Notes: generated by a model not told the origin, from the sequence alone. A stretch of DNA of 63,856 nucleotides, filler included, from Octopus bimaculoides (GCF_001194135.2; 8 parts of 8 records of this genome joined end to end with filler, not necessarily neighbours in it), one strand, 5' to 3'. Counted from the whole stretch's first letter, positions 47,594 through 60,080 are shown. Made by a program: numbers and translations.

Positions 47594-47822
47594 TGTATGT
47601 GTGTGTATATGTTTGTGTGTCTGTGTTTGTCCTCTCCACCATCGCTTGACAGCCGATGGTGGTGTGTTTACGTCCCAGTAACTTAGCGGTTCGGCAAAAA
47701 GAGACCGATAGAAATAAGTACTAGGCTTACAAAGAATAAGTCCTGGGGTCGATTTGCTCGACTAAAAGGCGGTGCTCCAGCATGGCTGCAGTCAAATGAC
47801 TGAAACAAGTAAAAGAGTAAAG
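46575..47822 (+). mobile_element. SINE family A whose internal microsatellite spans a 790-N gap
   Basis: Head 46575-46740, (TA)n on both sides of gap 46762-47551, body and tail 47605-47822. Confidence 0.85.
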
Positions 47823-48476
47823 AGATGACCTGACCATCTAAGTTGTATATAGACACACACACACACACACACTTATGTGAAGGGAAATATGCTGCCTTGT
47901 CGTAGTATCAAAAACTAACATCATTGTCACACATTGTGCTGTTTATGTTTGATAGACTATGGGAAATATTACATTGCTTCCAAAACAAGTTAGGATTGGT
48001 GACAGTAAAGGCATCCAACCACAGAAAATAAACCTCAATAAAATTTTGTAGTAGTACATTTGTCATAAATTGTTTCTACCTATTTCCTGCTATGACATCA
48101 TACTACCCAGTTGACTATCACATTTAGGGTTTTGTTGTCTTTTTTTGCATTTACCCATATCTTTTCATTTTTTAATATCTTCTTTTCTGTTTTGTTTTTT
48201 TGTTTTTTTCACCAGCTTAGATTAAGAGCTAATGGTTTGTTGGAACCATGCATGCAAAGTCTGAGAATTATGAAGTACTTTTGTCCCTTGAGTTACAGGG
48301 AACATACATAGATCAGAAGACTTGAAGATGATGGGAGCATGACATAATCAAAGAATTTGGGCCCAAATTCAAGAAATGGGCACAATCAAATGAAGAATGG
48401 AAGTACGTTGTGGTTAGCTATGTATAAAGACATCTGAAAGTTTGGTTGATAGAACAATGGACCAATATATATGTGC

Positions 48477-48512
<36 letters not shown>

Positions 48513-49041
48513 GTCTATCTATCTATCTATATATATATATATATATATATATANNNNNNNNNNNNNNNNNNNNNNNNNNNNNNNNNNNNNNNNNNNNNNN
48601 NNNNNNNNNNNNNNNNNNNNNNNNNNNNNNNNNNNNNNNNNNNNNNNNNNNNNNNNNNNNNNNNNNNNNNNNNNNNNNNNNNNNNNNNNNNNNNNNNNNN
48701 NNNNNNNNNNNNNNNNNNNNNNNNNNNNNNNNNNNNNNNNNNNNNNNNNNNNNNNNNNNNNNNNNNNNNNNNNNNNNNNNNNNNNNNNNNNNNNNNNNNN
48801 NNNNNNNNNNNNNNNNNNNNNNNNNNNNNNNNNNNNNNNNNNNNNNNNNNNNNNNNNNNNNNNNNNNNNNNNNNNNNNNNNNNNNNNNNNNNNNNNNNNN
48901 NNNNNNNNNNNNNNNNNNNNNNNNNNNNNNNNNNNNNNNNNNNNNNNNNNNNNNNNNNNNNNNNNNNNNNNNNNNNNNNNNNNNNNNNNNNNNNNNNNNN
49001 NNNNNNNNNNNNNNNNNNNNNNNNNNNNNNNNNNNNNNNNN

Positions 49042-49106
<65 letters not shown>

Positions 49107-49299
49107 TGTATAACAAAGTGTAAGCGCTAAGCAGTGTTTAGGCCTGAGTAGAATTTAGTTGAAATATGATTGCGATGACACATACACTGCAGTTACCATA
49201 GAGAATATATCTCTCTTATGGTAAAAAGGTGTGAAAACACCCACTTCGTTCAGTATCACCATCTGTTAGGAATCCCAGGCACCAGTGTTTCACCCTATT

Positions 49300-49565
49300 G
49301 GACATTGTTATACAATGCTGGCCACACTGTACTTTGAATTATTTCTTAGCTTTCAAATGATGCGACTCCACTGGCTAGGCAAGTAGGCCAATATCCCCCT
49401 TGATGAGAAGGTTAGTTTGTCATGGTGGTGACTGACTTACGACTGAGAGGAGTGGAACAACATGAACTGAAGGGTTTTGCTCAATAACACATCACACAGC
49501 CAGTCTTGGAATTGAAACTGCAATTTTGCAATCATGCGTACAACACACCTAACCACTAGGCCACA
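49300..49565 (-). mobile_element. SINE family B variant (B2)
   Basis: Revcomp GGCCTAGTGGTTAGG head; TTTTGCTCAATAACAC core; tail shared with 11722-11935. Confidence 0.55.
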
Positions 49566-49668
49566 CACACACACACACACAAATACATAAACATGTATGT
49601 ATATATATATATGTGTGTGTGTACGTATATATGTGTGTATGTATGTATGTGTGTATGTATATGTGTGT

Positions 49669-50050
49669 GGAGGTGCAATGGCCCAGTGGTTAGGGCAGCG
49701 GACTCGCGGTCATAGGATCGTGGTTTCCATTCTCAGACCAGGCGTAGTGAGTATTTATTGAGCGAAAACACCTAAAGCTCCACGAGACTCCGGCAGGGGA
49801 TGGTGGCGAACCCTGCTGTACTCTTCCACCATAACTTTCTCTCACTCTTACTCCCTGTTTCTGTTGTTCCTGTAATTCAAAGGGTCAGCCTTGTCACAAT
49901 GTGTCACGCTGAATATCCCCGAGAACTACGTTAAGGGTACACGTGTCTGTGGAGTGCTCAGCCACTTGCACGTTAATTTCACGAGCAGGCTGTTCCGTTG
50001 ATCGGATTAACTGGAACCCTTGACGTTGTAAGCGACGGAGTGCCAACAAC
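49669..50050 (+). mobile_element. tRNA-derived SINE with family B 3' half but a different central domain (B3)
   Basis: GGCCCAGTGGTTAGGGC head; TGTGTCACGCTGAAT...GGGTACACGTGTCTGTGGAGTGCTCAGC shared with 6886-7168. Confidence 0.8.
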
Positions 50051-50367
50051 ATGTATATGTGTAGGTGTGTGTCTGTGTGTGTGCCTGTATGTAAACAGGA
50101 ATTTATATTGCTTACATTATAAGAATTTAAAAACCTTAAGTGACATGGAAGGAATTAATTTTAATGGTGGAACTTGGAGTAAAGCTATAAGTAATAGCAT
50201 GGAAATATTTGGTTAAAATCCTGCTTGAATTGAAGGCACCTTTTGACTTTTACCATCCAATGGTGTTTTTTAAGTCAATGTTTGCATACCATTATTTATA
50301 GCTCTATCTACTTCAAGTTTCGCCTTTAAAAGCAATTTATAAATATATGATTTATAAATATACAATT

Positions 50368-50424
<57 letters not shown>

Positions 50425-50744
50425 TATATACTTTTTATTAAAGCCAAAAACATCTTCACACAGTTTTAATAAAAAACATATTACTTGGCTTTTAGTATTC
50501 AAGTACTAATTTTTTCAACCTTGTTTTGCATTTATGGGCTTACTGGTGTGTGTGTGTGTGTGTGTGTGTGCATGTGTAATATATTAAGATTCAGGTGAAT
50601 AAGGCATTTAAATGGTAAAGCACCAGGTCAGGTCAAAATTAAAATGCATACACAGCAACTATAGATGACTGTAAACATTGGCACTGAAGTACAGGCAGAA
50701 AGATATTCAAATTATGTATACAATTAATTGAACCCAACTGAGCA

Positions 50745-51058
50745 TATTCTTTTCTATTCTAGGCACAAGGGCCGAAATTTTGGGGGAGGGGGCCAGTCGA
50801 TTAGATCGACTCCAGTACACAACTGGTACTTAATTTATCGATCCCAAAAGAATGAAAGGCAAAGCTGATGTCGGTGGAATTTGAACACAGAACGTAAAGA
50901 CAGACGAAATAGCACTAAGTATTTCACCCGGTGTGCTAATGTTTCTCATTTCTTTATTGCCCACAAGGGGCTAAACATAGAGGGGACAAACAAGGACAGA
51001 CAAACGGATTAAGTCAATTATATCGACCCCAATGCGTAACTGGTACTTATTTAATCAA
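50745..51058 (-). mobile_element. Two adjacent SINE family C-type copies (50745-50942 and a partial one at 50943-51058)
   Basis: Both have AACTGGTACTTA; first has GAAAGGCAAAG...GAATTTGAAC, the revcomp of the family C head. Confidence 0.7.
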
Positions 51059-51060
51059 CT

Positions 51061-51251
51061 AAGGTCGTTGAAAGGCCAGGCAACCCTATCAAATCCCTTG
51101 TCAGTAGAACATACCCTTTTAGTAGAACCCCTTGCACTGATAGGAACTGTACTGTATCTAGATTTAGCCCACAAACAAACTGTAAAACCAGAAATGTGGT
51201 CTTTAGTATAAGATGTACAGAGGGACGATGCAGTAACAAGACAACGACGTA
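51061..51251 (+). mobile_element. Penelope-like element fragment (Cys linker and start of GIY-YIG domain)
   Basis: KVVERPGNPIKSLVSRTYPFSRTPCTDRNCTVSRFSPQTNCKTRNVVFSIRCTEGRC resembles the PLE linker (C..C...NVVY.I.C..C) preceding GIY-YIG. Confidence 0.6.
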
Positions 51252-51691
51252 NNNNNNNNNNNNNNNNNNNNNNNNNNNNNNNNNNNNNNNNNNNNTTAAT
51301 TAATTAANNNNNNNNNNNNNNNNNNNNNNNNNNNNNNNNNNNNNNNNNNNNTATATATCTGTATGTATATATATATATATGTTATATATACATATATATC
51401 TATATGTATATATATATATATATTATATATACGTGTGTGTGTCTCTCTAACAAATTTCTGACGGTGAATGGCTACAACGTCTTAGATACATGCAAACAAA
51501 CTTATCTATACTTACGTACAAGCACACACAATCATATAAACACATATATACACTCACATATATATGTATAACCTTAAAGTATACACATATATATGCTTAT
51601 CCATCTACACATATACATGTCACTATTTCCGCAGACAATGGTTAAAAGTGAAAAATATTTTATACATACATACATACATACATACATACAA

Positions 51692-52389
51692 CCCAGAGTA
51701 ATGTGGTGGTGGAACAAGGAAGTAGACAGGGCTATTAGACAAAAGAAACAGGCTTGGAAGGACTGGAAAAACGGTGGTAGCAGGGAATTGTACCAATCTG
51801 CCAGAAGGGAAGCTAGGCGACAGGTTTATTTACCCAGTGGGGAAGCAGATAAGAAAAGTTTGCCAATGTTCTGTACCGTAAGGACCAAAGACTTGAGGTA
51901 TTTCGTGTTGCAAGACTGTGTAGGAGAGAGAATAGTGATGTCGTAGGAGAGAAATGTGTTCGCATGGATGATGGTACGCTTGCACTAAATGAGTCTGCAA
52001 AGAAAGAGGTCTGGAGATACCACTACGATAGATTGCTCAACAAAGAGAATGAATGGGAGAAAGAGAGTCTGCCGTATGTCGACACAACAGAAGGACCAGC
52101 TATCCGAGCTGACAGTACCATGGTAGATAAAGCAATTAAGAGTATGAAGACAGGGAAAGCCCCCGACCCATCAGGAATCACTGTAGAGATGCTCAAAATA
52201 TCTGGCAGTGTCAGCTATAGCCTAGTCATCCGTATTACGAACCAGGTGATACACGAAGGATCCATACCCAATGACTGGTGTAGCAGCACCATAGTCAACT
52301 GCTACAAAGGTAAAGGTGATGCTTTAGATACAAATAATTACAGAGATATCAAACTGTTAGATCAGGTAATGAAAGTCACGGAGAAGGTC
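51692..52389 (+). mobile_element. RTE-clade LINE ORF2 fragment (linker and RT N-terminus)
   Basis: WWNKEVDRAIRQKK; AIKSMKTGKAPDPSGITVEMLK; IPNDWCSSTIVNCYKGKGDALDTNNYRDIKLL. Confidence 0.9.
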
Positions 52390-52420
<31 letters not shown>

Positions 52421-52743
52421 CTATATTTATTTATAATATACTATACGTATATATACTATATACATGTAGTATATATATGTTTATATATATATATATGGTA
52501 TGTACAATATATATATATNNNNNNNNNNNNNNNNNNNNNNNNNNNNNNNNNNNNNNNNNNNNNNNNNNNNNNNNNNNNNNNNNNNNNNNNNNNNNNNNNN
52601 NNNNNNNNNNNNNNNNNNNNNNNNNNNNNNNNNNNNNNNNNNNNNNNNNNNNNNNNNNNNNNNNNNNNNNNNNNNNNNNNNNNNNNNNNNNNNNNNNNNN
52701 NNNNNNNNNNNNNNNNNNNNNNNNNNNNNNNNNNNNNNNNNNN

Positions 52744-52760
52744 CGACGCTCTTCCGATCT
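52744..52760 (+). other. Illumina adapter remnant
   Basis: CGACGCTCTTCCGATCT at a contig edge equals the 3' end of the TruSeq read-1 primer; TCCGATCT also at contig edge 44168-44175. Confidence 0.9.
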
Positions 52761-52889
52761 ATATATATATATAAATGTAATTAAAAGAAAAGTTCATAAT
52801 TGTTTCTTACTGGTGTCAACAGAGTCCACATGGAAGCGTTTTATTTGTGGGGACATAGTGGTTGTCTTGTGCATTGACTTGAATCTTTG

Positions 52890-53021
52890 GCTGTAGTAGT
52901 AGCAGTAGTAGTGACCATGTTGGTAGCGGTAAACGAGAGTGACCGCTATCCGTGACAGCAGCAGTAGTTAATTGGCCGTAGTAGTAGAGGTAGCAATAGC
53001 AGCAGCTGTAGTATCAGCAGC

Positions 53022-53052
<31 letters not shown>

Positions 53053-53160
53053 ACCGTCGGTTGTTTTAGCAGTAGTAGCAGAGACCGTTGGTCTTAGTAG
53101 TATTAGTAGTAGTAGCAGGGACCATTGTTTGCAGTAGTAGTAGTTATCGTGGCTGTGGTG
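52890..53160. repeat. Degenerate (TAG)/(CAG) trinucleotide tract
   Basis: Direct reading. Confidence 0.9.
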
Positions 53161-53213
53161 GTGGAGTTGTAGAATTCTTTTTTTCCGTTTTTTTGGATAA
53201 CCAATATATGGTT

Positions 53214-54301
53214 TTAATGTTCCTGGCCCAGGGTGTTTAAACTTGGTCCGAATTTTCTAATAAAATGAAGCTCTTTGTTTTGACGTTGGATGAAGGTTGC
53301 GTTGTCATTGAATTGGTAAAGTGGGAAGTTTGTAAACTTTGGATTTTTATTCGGTGAACATTTGTCTATGTGGCCACTGTCAGGTATTTTCCTGTATTCA
53401 GGATTCCTAATTTGGGATTTATGTACTGCCTTCCTTTTTCGTAGGTTGTTTTTTGTATTGCCTATATGTTGCCTGTTGCATCCTGCGCATGTTATCACAT
53501 AAATTAAGTTTTTTCCGATGCACAGGTGAAGTTTGTTCTGATAGTGAAATGATGGCCTTCTTCTAATGTGTATTCCGAAACTTCTACTAAAATGATACAA
53601 ATCCCGCAGTTGGGCCTTCCACACTTTTTAACTGTTGGCTTTGTGGTTGTTATTGGGTGCAGTTTAGCCTGGGTTAAAATCTTCTTTAAGGATTTTGGTT
53701 GCCGTTTACTTTTTATGATGGTGTACGTTTGGAGGATTTGGTTCATCATTGGATCTTTCTTGAGTAGGGCTGTGCTTTGGAGTATGGTGTTGAAGGCCTC
53801 ATTGTTAAGTGGGTGTAGAGATGTAAGGTAGGGTTTTTAAATTTTCATCCTCTTTTGGTTTTGGTTGTCTCAGGTTTTCTATATTTAATTTAAGTGCTCG
53901 TTGGATTTTATTGTCCATTAGGGGTTGTGGATAATTCCTATTTATGAGTGTAGTTCTGAGTTCCTGGAGATGTGTGTGTCGGGTGTTTGTGTCTGATTGT
54001 ATGGTGCAAATCCTTTTGGCTAAACAGAAAGGGATGTTCATTCTTGTGTGTCTAGGGTGGCACGAGTCAAATGGTAGGTACTGCTTTAAGACTGTTAGTT
54101 TATAATAGATATCCGTCTCTATTTTGTTGCCGACTTTCTTTATGAGGATATCTAAAAATGGTAGTTTTTCCTGGTTATGTTCTATCGTGAATTAGATGTT
54201 TTCATAAATTCCATTTAGTAGTATTTTAAATTCCTCAAGTTTTTCTATGCATTCATCCCAGAGGATGAAGCAGTCGTCGAGATATCTTTTCCAGTTGTTC
54301 T
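53214..54301 (-). mobile_element. Penelope-like retroelement, RT C-terminal half plus GIY-YIG endonuclease, frameshifted
   Basis: WKRYLDDCFILW (YLDD 54273-54284); LPFLDILI; NIPFCLAKRICTI; CGRPNCGIC; NLIYVITCAGCNRQHIGNT...LRKR. Confidence 0.92.
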
Positions 54302-54932
54302 NNNNNNNNNNNNNNNNNNNNNNNNNNNNNNNNNNNNNNNNNNNNTTAATTAATTAANNNNNNNNNNNNNNNNNNNNNNNNNNNNNNNNNNNNNNNNNNN
54401 NATTAGATTTATAGTGAAGCTCCTGCTGTTTTGAATCATTGAACCATCGCGCTCAGGTTCCCCAGCTCAGGACCATGGCCTACAAATACCGCCATAAAGG
54501 ACAAGTCTAGTAATGAAAAATTATTTCTGCTACCATATAAGTCATTAACACTTACGCGAACACGGCTCAACCAATCAAATCGCTTGGTGTGTAACACCCA
54601 GTGAGCTCAAATCTTCCCGCCAAATAGTCTGGTCCATGTTGCCCTGCTCTGTGAAATGGGTTTTTTTTACCCTCTTCTGCTATTCCTTACAGAACAACTT
54701 ATGACACTATTTCTGCTCATGATCGGAGATGCACGTATCGTCAGCCACTAAGGGAGATGCTCAAGTGGTTAAGGTCAAACAACTGACAAGCAAGTTTGTG
54801 GTATTGAGCAGAATATTTGCTATAGTCCATCTTTCATACGAAGGCAAAACATATACATGATAACAGTTCTAATCAGTTAGTATCAGAAGCCATAAGAGCC
54901 AGTGCTTGGTACAGCATCAGGGTATATACTGC

Positions 54933-54934
<2 letters not shown>

Positions 54935-55028
<94 letters not shown>

Positions 55029-55033
55029 TATCA

Positions 55034-55063
<30 letters not shown>
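54935..55063. repeat. Compound (ATT)n(CAT)n(ATT)n microsatellite
   Basis: Direct reading. Confidence 0.95.
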
Positions 55064-55064
<1 letters not shown>

Positions 55065-55793
55065 GCAGTCACGCAAATTTGGTGCTCCGTAAGTTGAAGA
55101 AGTGTTTGTAATATTTGCAGCCTTCTAAGTCCCCGTCTTTTCATTTCTATTGTTACTATTACATTTCTGAGATTGTCTGGACTGCGCAGATAGTACTTTT
55201 GTGTAGAAACACTCCCTGTTTTGCAGGGGGAGGTGGGGTGCTTCAATAATTTTTGAATTTCAACTGCTTTCGGCAAAAACAAATATTTTGTAATTTTCTG
55301 TAATTATTTAAAGATGGCTGATAAAGAAGCTATCATAATGTTCGTCAAAGGAACGCGCTTCAACAAAAACAACAAGAACAAGATGAACAACTTTAAAAAT
55401 AGTAATATCATTAACATCTGCATGAAATCACAGAAACAACCAATTACAGAACTTCAAAAATATTCATCAAACTGTTGACGAAATGTATCCATCAATTTCA
55501 CTGTTGTAAACAAGTGCAACAATGAATTGATGGACTTTGTAAGTCAAAAAAACAATAACAAAATAGAGACAGAGGGAAAGGAATTTGAGGATTTCATCCT
55601 CAAAACGTCGTCGGACGTTTATAGAATTATAAGAGAAAAATTCTCGTGGAATGTGGGGATTTAAAAAAGATTTGTTGGTAAAAGGCTGTTTGAAGGGTCT
55701 TTTAAAACACTTTCGCCAGTAGAGAGGCCCGGAACTTCTGAGCTTCTCGAAAATCAAGGTGAGTAACCTCCTCGGTTTCTTTCTCCAACTAGC

Positions 55794-58700
55794 ATGGCTG
55801 AGCTAAGAATAGGGTGTGTGAATGTGAGTGGCCTGGGATCAGCTTAGAGGCAAGGTCACTTGCTCAATGATCTCAGGTCACTTGATTTGGATGTAGCCAT
55901 TGGTGAAATAAGGATCTCCGGAAAACACGCTCTAGCATTCATTTTCGAGGACTATAATTATTTTGTGGTCTATCGGGAGCGGGTAGCGGTGTAGCAATGC
56001 TACTCAGGAAATTCTTAGATCTCCAAGTACAGGCTATCTTCCTGGACCCAGGTGGTAGGGTGGTGGCTCTGGACATGAATGGCAGCGAAGGTAACGCCTT
56101 TAAACTGGTGGCGGTTTATGCCCCCAACAGGGGCTGGAAGGCCAGATTTCTTCAAGCGTCTGAAAACATTCTTGGGAACGTCTCGCACTTTAGTACTAGT
56201 AGGGGACTGGAACAGTATTTTGGACGCACGGAAGGACTGTATGAGTTTAATACATAGTAGCAGGGAGTGTAAAAGCCTCGCAAACCTGCTCAGGACTTTC
56301 CAGCTTTCAGACGAGTACCGACTGGATTTCTCTGATGTGCCAGTGTGGACATGGAGCAACCACAGCGGGTCATCCAGATCGTATTTAGATAGAGTATTTG
56401 TTAGGTCAGAGGATAGGGATAGCATAGGTTATCCACAATTTAAATTGGTCGGCTAATCAGATCACAAATTTGTGATATGCTCAGTCGATTTAGATATGGC
56501 CCGTTGACAGGGGCCTGATTCCTGGAAGTTGAATGCGTCCTTACCGGCTCGCAAAGACTACAGGGACCGGATTAGCGAACTGGTTTAGCGGCAGTTGACA
56601 GGGGCTATTGTCAACAACCGGTGGTGGATCGCTCTAAAGAGACCGATTAGAGTAGAATCGATAGCGTTTAGCAAAGATTTAGCAATAGAAAGAAATAGAT
56701 TAGAGGGAAAACTAGTTAGTAAACTAAAAAGAGGCATCACTACCGACGTGTTAGTGGCGAGAATGGCCCTTGACCATTTCTTTGAGGCGAAACACGAAGG
56801 GTGCATTGTCAGAGCCCGTACGCTAAAACACGAAGGAACTAAAGCCGTTCTATGGGCCCGAATGGTAGAGGCGACGTAGAAACAAAACCACGATCAAGTC
56901 TTTGACGGATCAGGACGGACGAGGGCTACTCGGTTCTGAGANNNNNNNNNNNNNNNNNNNNNNNNNNNNNNNNNNNNNNNNNNNNNNNNNNNNNNNNNNN
57001 NNNNNNNNNNNNNNNNNNNNNNNNNNNNNNNNNNNNNNNNNNGTAGCGAACTTTACTTCGTACCTAGACGGCCTACCACAGCTCTCGATGACGGACGCGA
57101 GATTCTGCGAAAAGCCGTTTACAGCCTCTGAAATACGGGAGGCGATGAGTGATTGCACAAGTTACAAATCACCCGGTTTGGATAGTCTGACCTACGAATT
57201 CTATGTTTTCATGCCAGATTTGTTTGACAGCTTCTTGGCAGATGTCTACAGTAACTGGCAGCAAAACGGAAGAATTTCTAGTGCTGTTAGCCGGGGTGTG
57301 GTAACACTGCCGAGAAGGGACGCTAACAATGGGGACGTGATAGGCAATTTTCGGCCCATAACTCTGCTAAACACAGAGTTTAAGATTTTGACCAAGATGT
57401 TATCGAAAAGGTTGGCGCTTGTCGTTGATAGTCTGGTCGGGGAGGCACAAATGTGTGCAATTCTGAGCAGGTATATCCACGACAACCTCCACCTTATGAG
57501 ATACATCGTAGAGAGGTTTGGAACTAAAGCTGGCTTCGATGGGGCCCTGATAAATTTAGATCAGTCGATAGGGTAGACCATCGCTACTTGGAAGCCGCCC
57601 TTTAAGCGGCCGGTTTCAGACCCGTTTTCAGAGACTAGATTGCTGCAATGCACAGCGGCACCTGTTCGGTGGTCAAAGTAAATGGCCACCTATCCGAGCC
57701 GTTTAATATCGCACGTTCGGTCCGTCAAGTCTGTCCGCTGTCACCTCTTCTATATGTGCTGACTCTCGATCCACTGCTGCGGAAGTTGGAGCAGTTAGTT
57801 AAGTGGCCTCCCTTTCAAAATCGAACTCGGGAGGGCAATATCTGCATACGCGGACGGCGTCACCGCCATGGTGTCGGACACCTCCAAAGTGAAGGCGGTC
57901 GGTTCCATTGTAAAGGAATATGAGTCGGCTGCAGGGGCTAAAATCAATGCCGACAAGTAGGCGGCATTGTGACTTGGGCATCTGGAGAGGCAGATCGATG
58001 CTATCGGATGGCGTCATCGGACGCTGGACTGACGGACCAGTTAAACTGCTTGGGGTTTGGTTTTGTCCCGTCCTCCAGGTGGATAAGAATTGAGAAGAGG
58101 TGACGAACAGGGTGACCTTTCTTACCCAGAAATGGGTAGAGAGGAAGTTGTCCATGAATAGTCGGACAGAGGTGGTGAATGCCTACAACGCCTCTGTCAT
58201 TATTTATCGTCTGACGGTTGTGCCTTGGTTCAGTTACTGCTTGATTAGATTGGAGCGTATCCTGTTTACTTTCTTGTGGAAGGGCGCGTTTCAATGGTCA
58301 TGTGGTCGGTCTGCTGCCAACTCCCTTTGCATGGCGGCTTAGGCATTCCATGGCTTTTAATGCACAGACACGCAATCAGGTTGCGCCACCTGCAGCGATT
58401 TTTAGAAGGTGAACGTGTGTGAGCTCCGTTTGTGAGACACGCCTTACCGCAGCTCGTCTCCTTGATGGAGCTGCAGTCCTGGGTAAAGGATAAGCCGAGA
58501 CTGGGCACTTAGAATGTCGTCAGGCGCTGACTGTCCTCTACAAGTTGGACAATAAGATCAGTGGATGTTCCACTTTAGATATTTAAAGGGGATTAGTAAC
58601 TGGGAAGTGAGACGGCATCCTCGACGAAGACGAACTGGCAAGTCTATTCTGGAGTACTTTCTGGTCGGGGACTGTTATGGATAATTTCCAGATGTCTTTG

Positions 58701-59426
58701 GCCTGGCAGTGCTACCAGAAGGCGCTACCGGTTCGAGATAAACTTTACAGGCACAGATCTGCTGTCAGACGGGCTTGTCCGAGGTGCTCACAGAGCAACG
58801 AAACCGTTCTGCATGCTCTCGTTCAGTGTCCAGGCATTGCTGACTTGTGGATTTATGTCGAACAGCTGCTCTCGCATGTAGGACAGGTCCATTTATCAGT
58901 CGATTCCATAATGATGATTGCCCCGCCGCCCTCCTTTAATCGGGCTGGCAAGGCAGTTTTCCTTTGTCTGGTGGCTGTGGCGAAAAAGGCTATCTGGTGG
59001 ACGAGGCTGAAAGGAATGAGGACAGAAACGTTCCTCTTTGATAAAGCCATCAACGACTTTTTTCAAGTTTCATTTGAAAAGGAAAGTGAGGGTTGAGAGG
59101 GAGGTGCTGTCCTCGAGAGAATTTATGAAAAGGTGGGTGAAAGTTGCGAAAATCGCAAGAGTGGATGGTACCACTCTCAGTGTAGACCTGGGAACCAGAA
59201 GAAAGAAGTTAGAGAGAGCTCTCGTCCTTGGTACTCGGGGTGATCTTGTGTGGTGGAGTTCCTTGGCTATCCCTAGAGGTCCTCCTGTATTAGAGGGATC
59301 CTATCACAATCACTCCCCACTCTTTTTCTAGTGTCGTACATTATGTATACTTCCCTTCTTCTAATGTATACCGTGTATACTTTTTTTTATTTTATCATTC
59401 CATTATATGTAAAAAAAAAAAAAAAA
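55794..59426 (+). mobile_element. Tx1/L1-clade LINE, near-complete ORF2 (APE endonuclease, RT, Zn-binding C-terminus), pseudogenised, poly(A) tail
   Basis: MAELRIGCVNV; LVAVYAPN; LVGDWN; WTWSN...SYLDRVF; WKLNAS; KSPGLD; NFRPITLLNTEFKIL; RQVCPLSP; YADG at 57847-57858; CPRCSQSNETVLHALVQC; A16 at 59411-59426. Confidence 0.92.
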
Positions 59427-59576
59427 CACACACACACACACACACTTTATGTCTGTCTTTGTATTGTCTCCCTCATNNNNNNNNNNNNNNNNNNNNNNNN
59501 NNNNNNNNNNNNNNNNNNNNTTAATTAATTAANNNNNNNNNNNNNNNNNNNNNNNNNNNNNNNNNNNNNNNNNNNN

Positions 59577-59850
59577 CGGGCAGGCCCTGTTGACGGCACT
59601 TCCATGTCGGTAGAGTTTATCTCGAACAGGTAGCGCACCTCGGTAGCACTGCCAGGCGAGGGACCTTTGGAAATTATCCATGGGCCCCGGCCCGAAAGTT
59701 CTCCTGAACAGACTGCTTAGCTGATTATCCTCGACGCCTAGAGTTTCCCCGAGAACGTCGTCGCACTTTTCTCCCACTAACCCTCTATAGAACGCTAGAG
59801 TGGAGCTACTACCGATCGCACTGCCCGCCTGACTGAGGGCGGTGAGAGCT
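59577..59850 (-). mobile_element. Second copy (3' fragment) of the same Tx1-type LINE family
   Basis: MDNFQRSLAWQCYRGALPVRDKLYRHGSAVNRACP vs MDNFQMSLAWQCYQKALPVRDKLYRHRSAVRRACP at 58677. Confidence 0.85.
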
Positions 59851-60011
59851 TGGCGGCACTCGAATAATAATAATAATGATAATTGTGACTGTACTCACTT
59901 AAGAATCACTTTTTCAATCCTCGAAATGTAATGTGTATATCTACAAACACGTTAATATGTATATTATAAGAGAAGGGAGAGAGAGAGAGAGATACAGACA
60001 GACAGACAGAG

Positions 60012-60080
<69 letters not shown>

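Noticed and set aside
48330-48430. Peptide WEHDIIKEFGPKFKKWAQSNEEWK
   Set aside because: Preceded by in-frame stops with no usable acceptor
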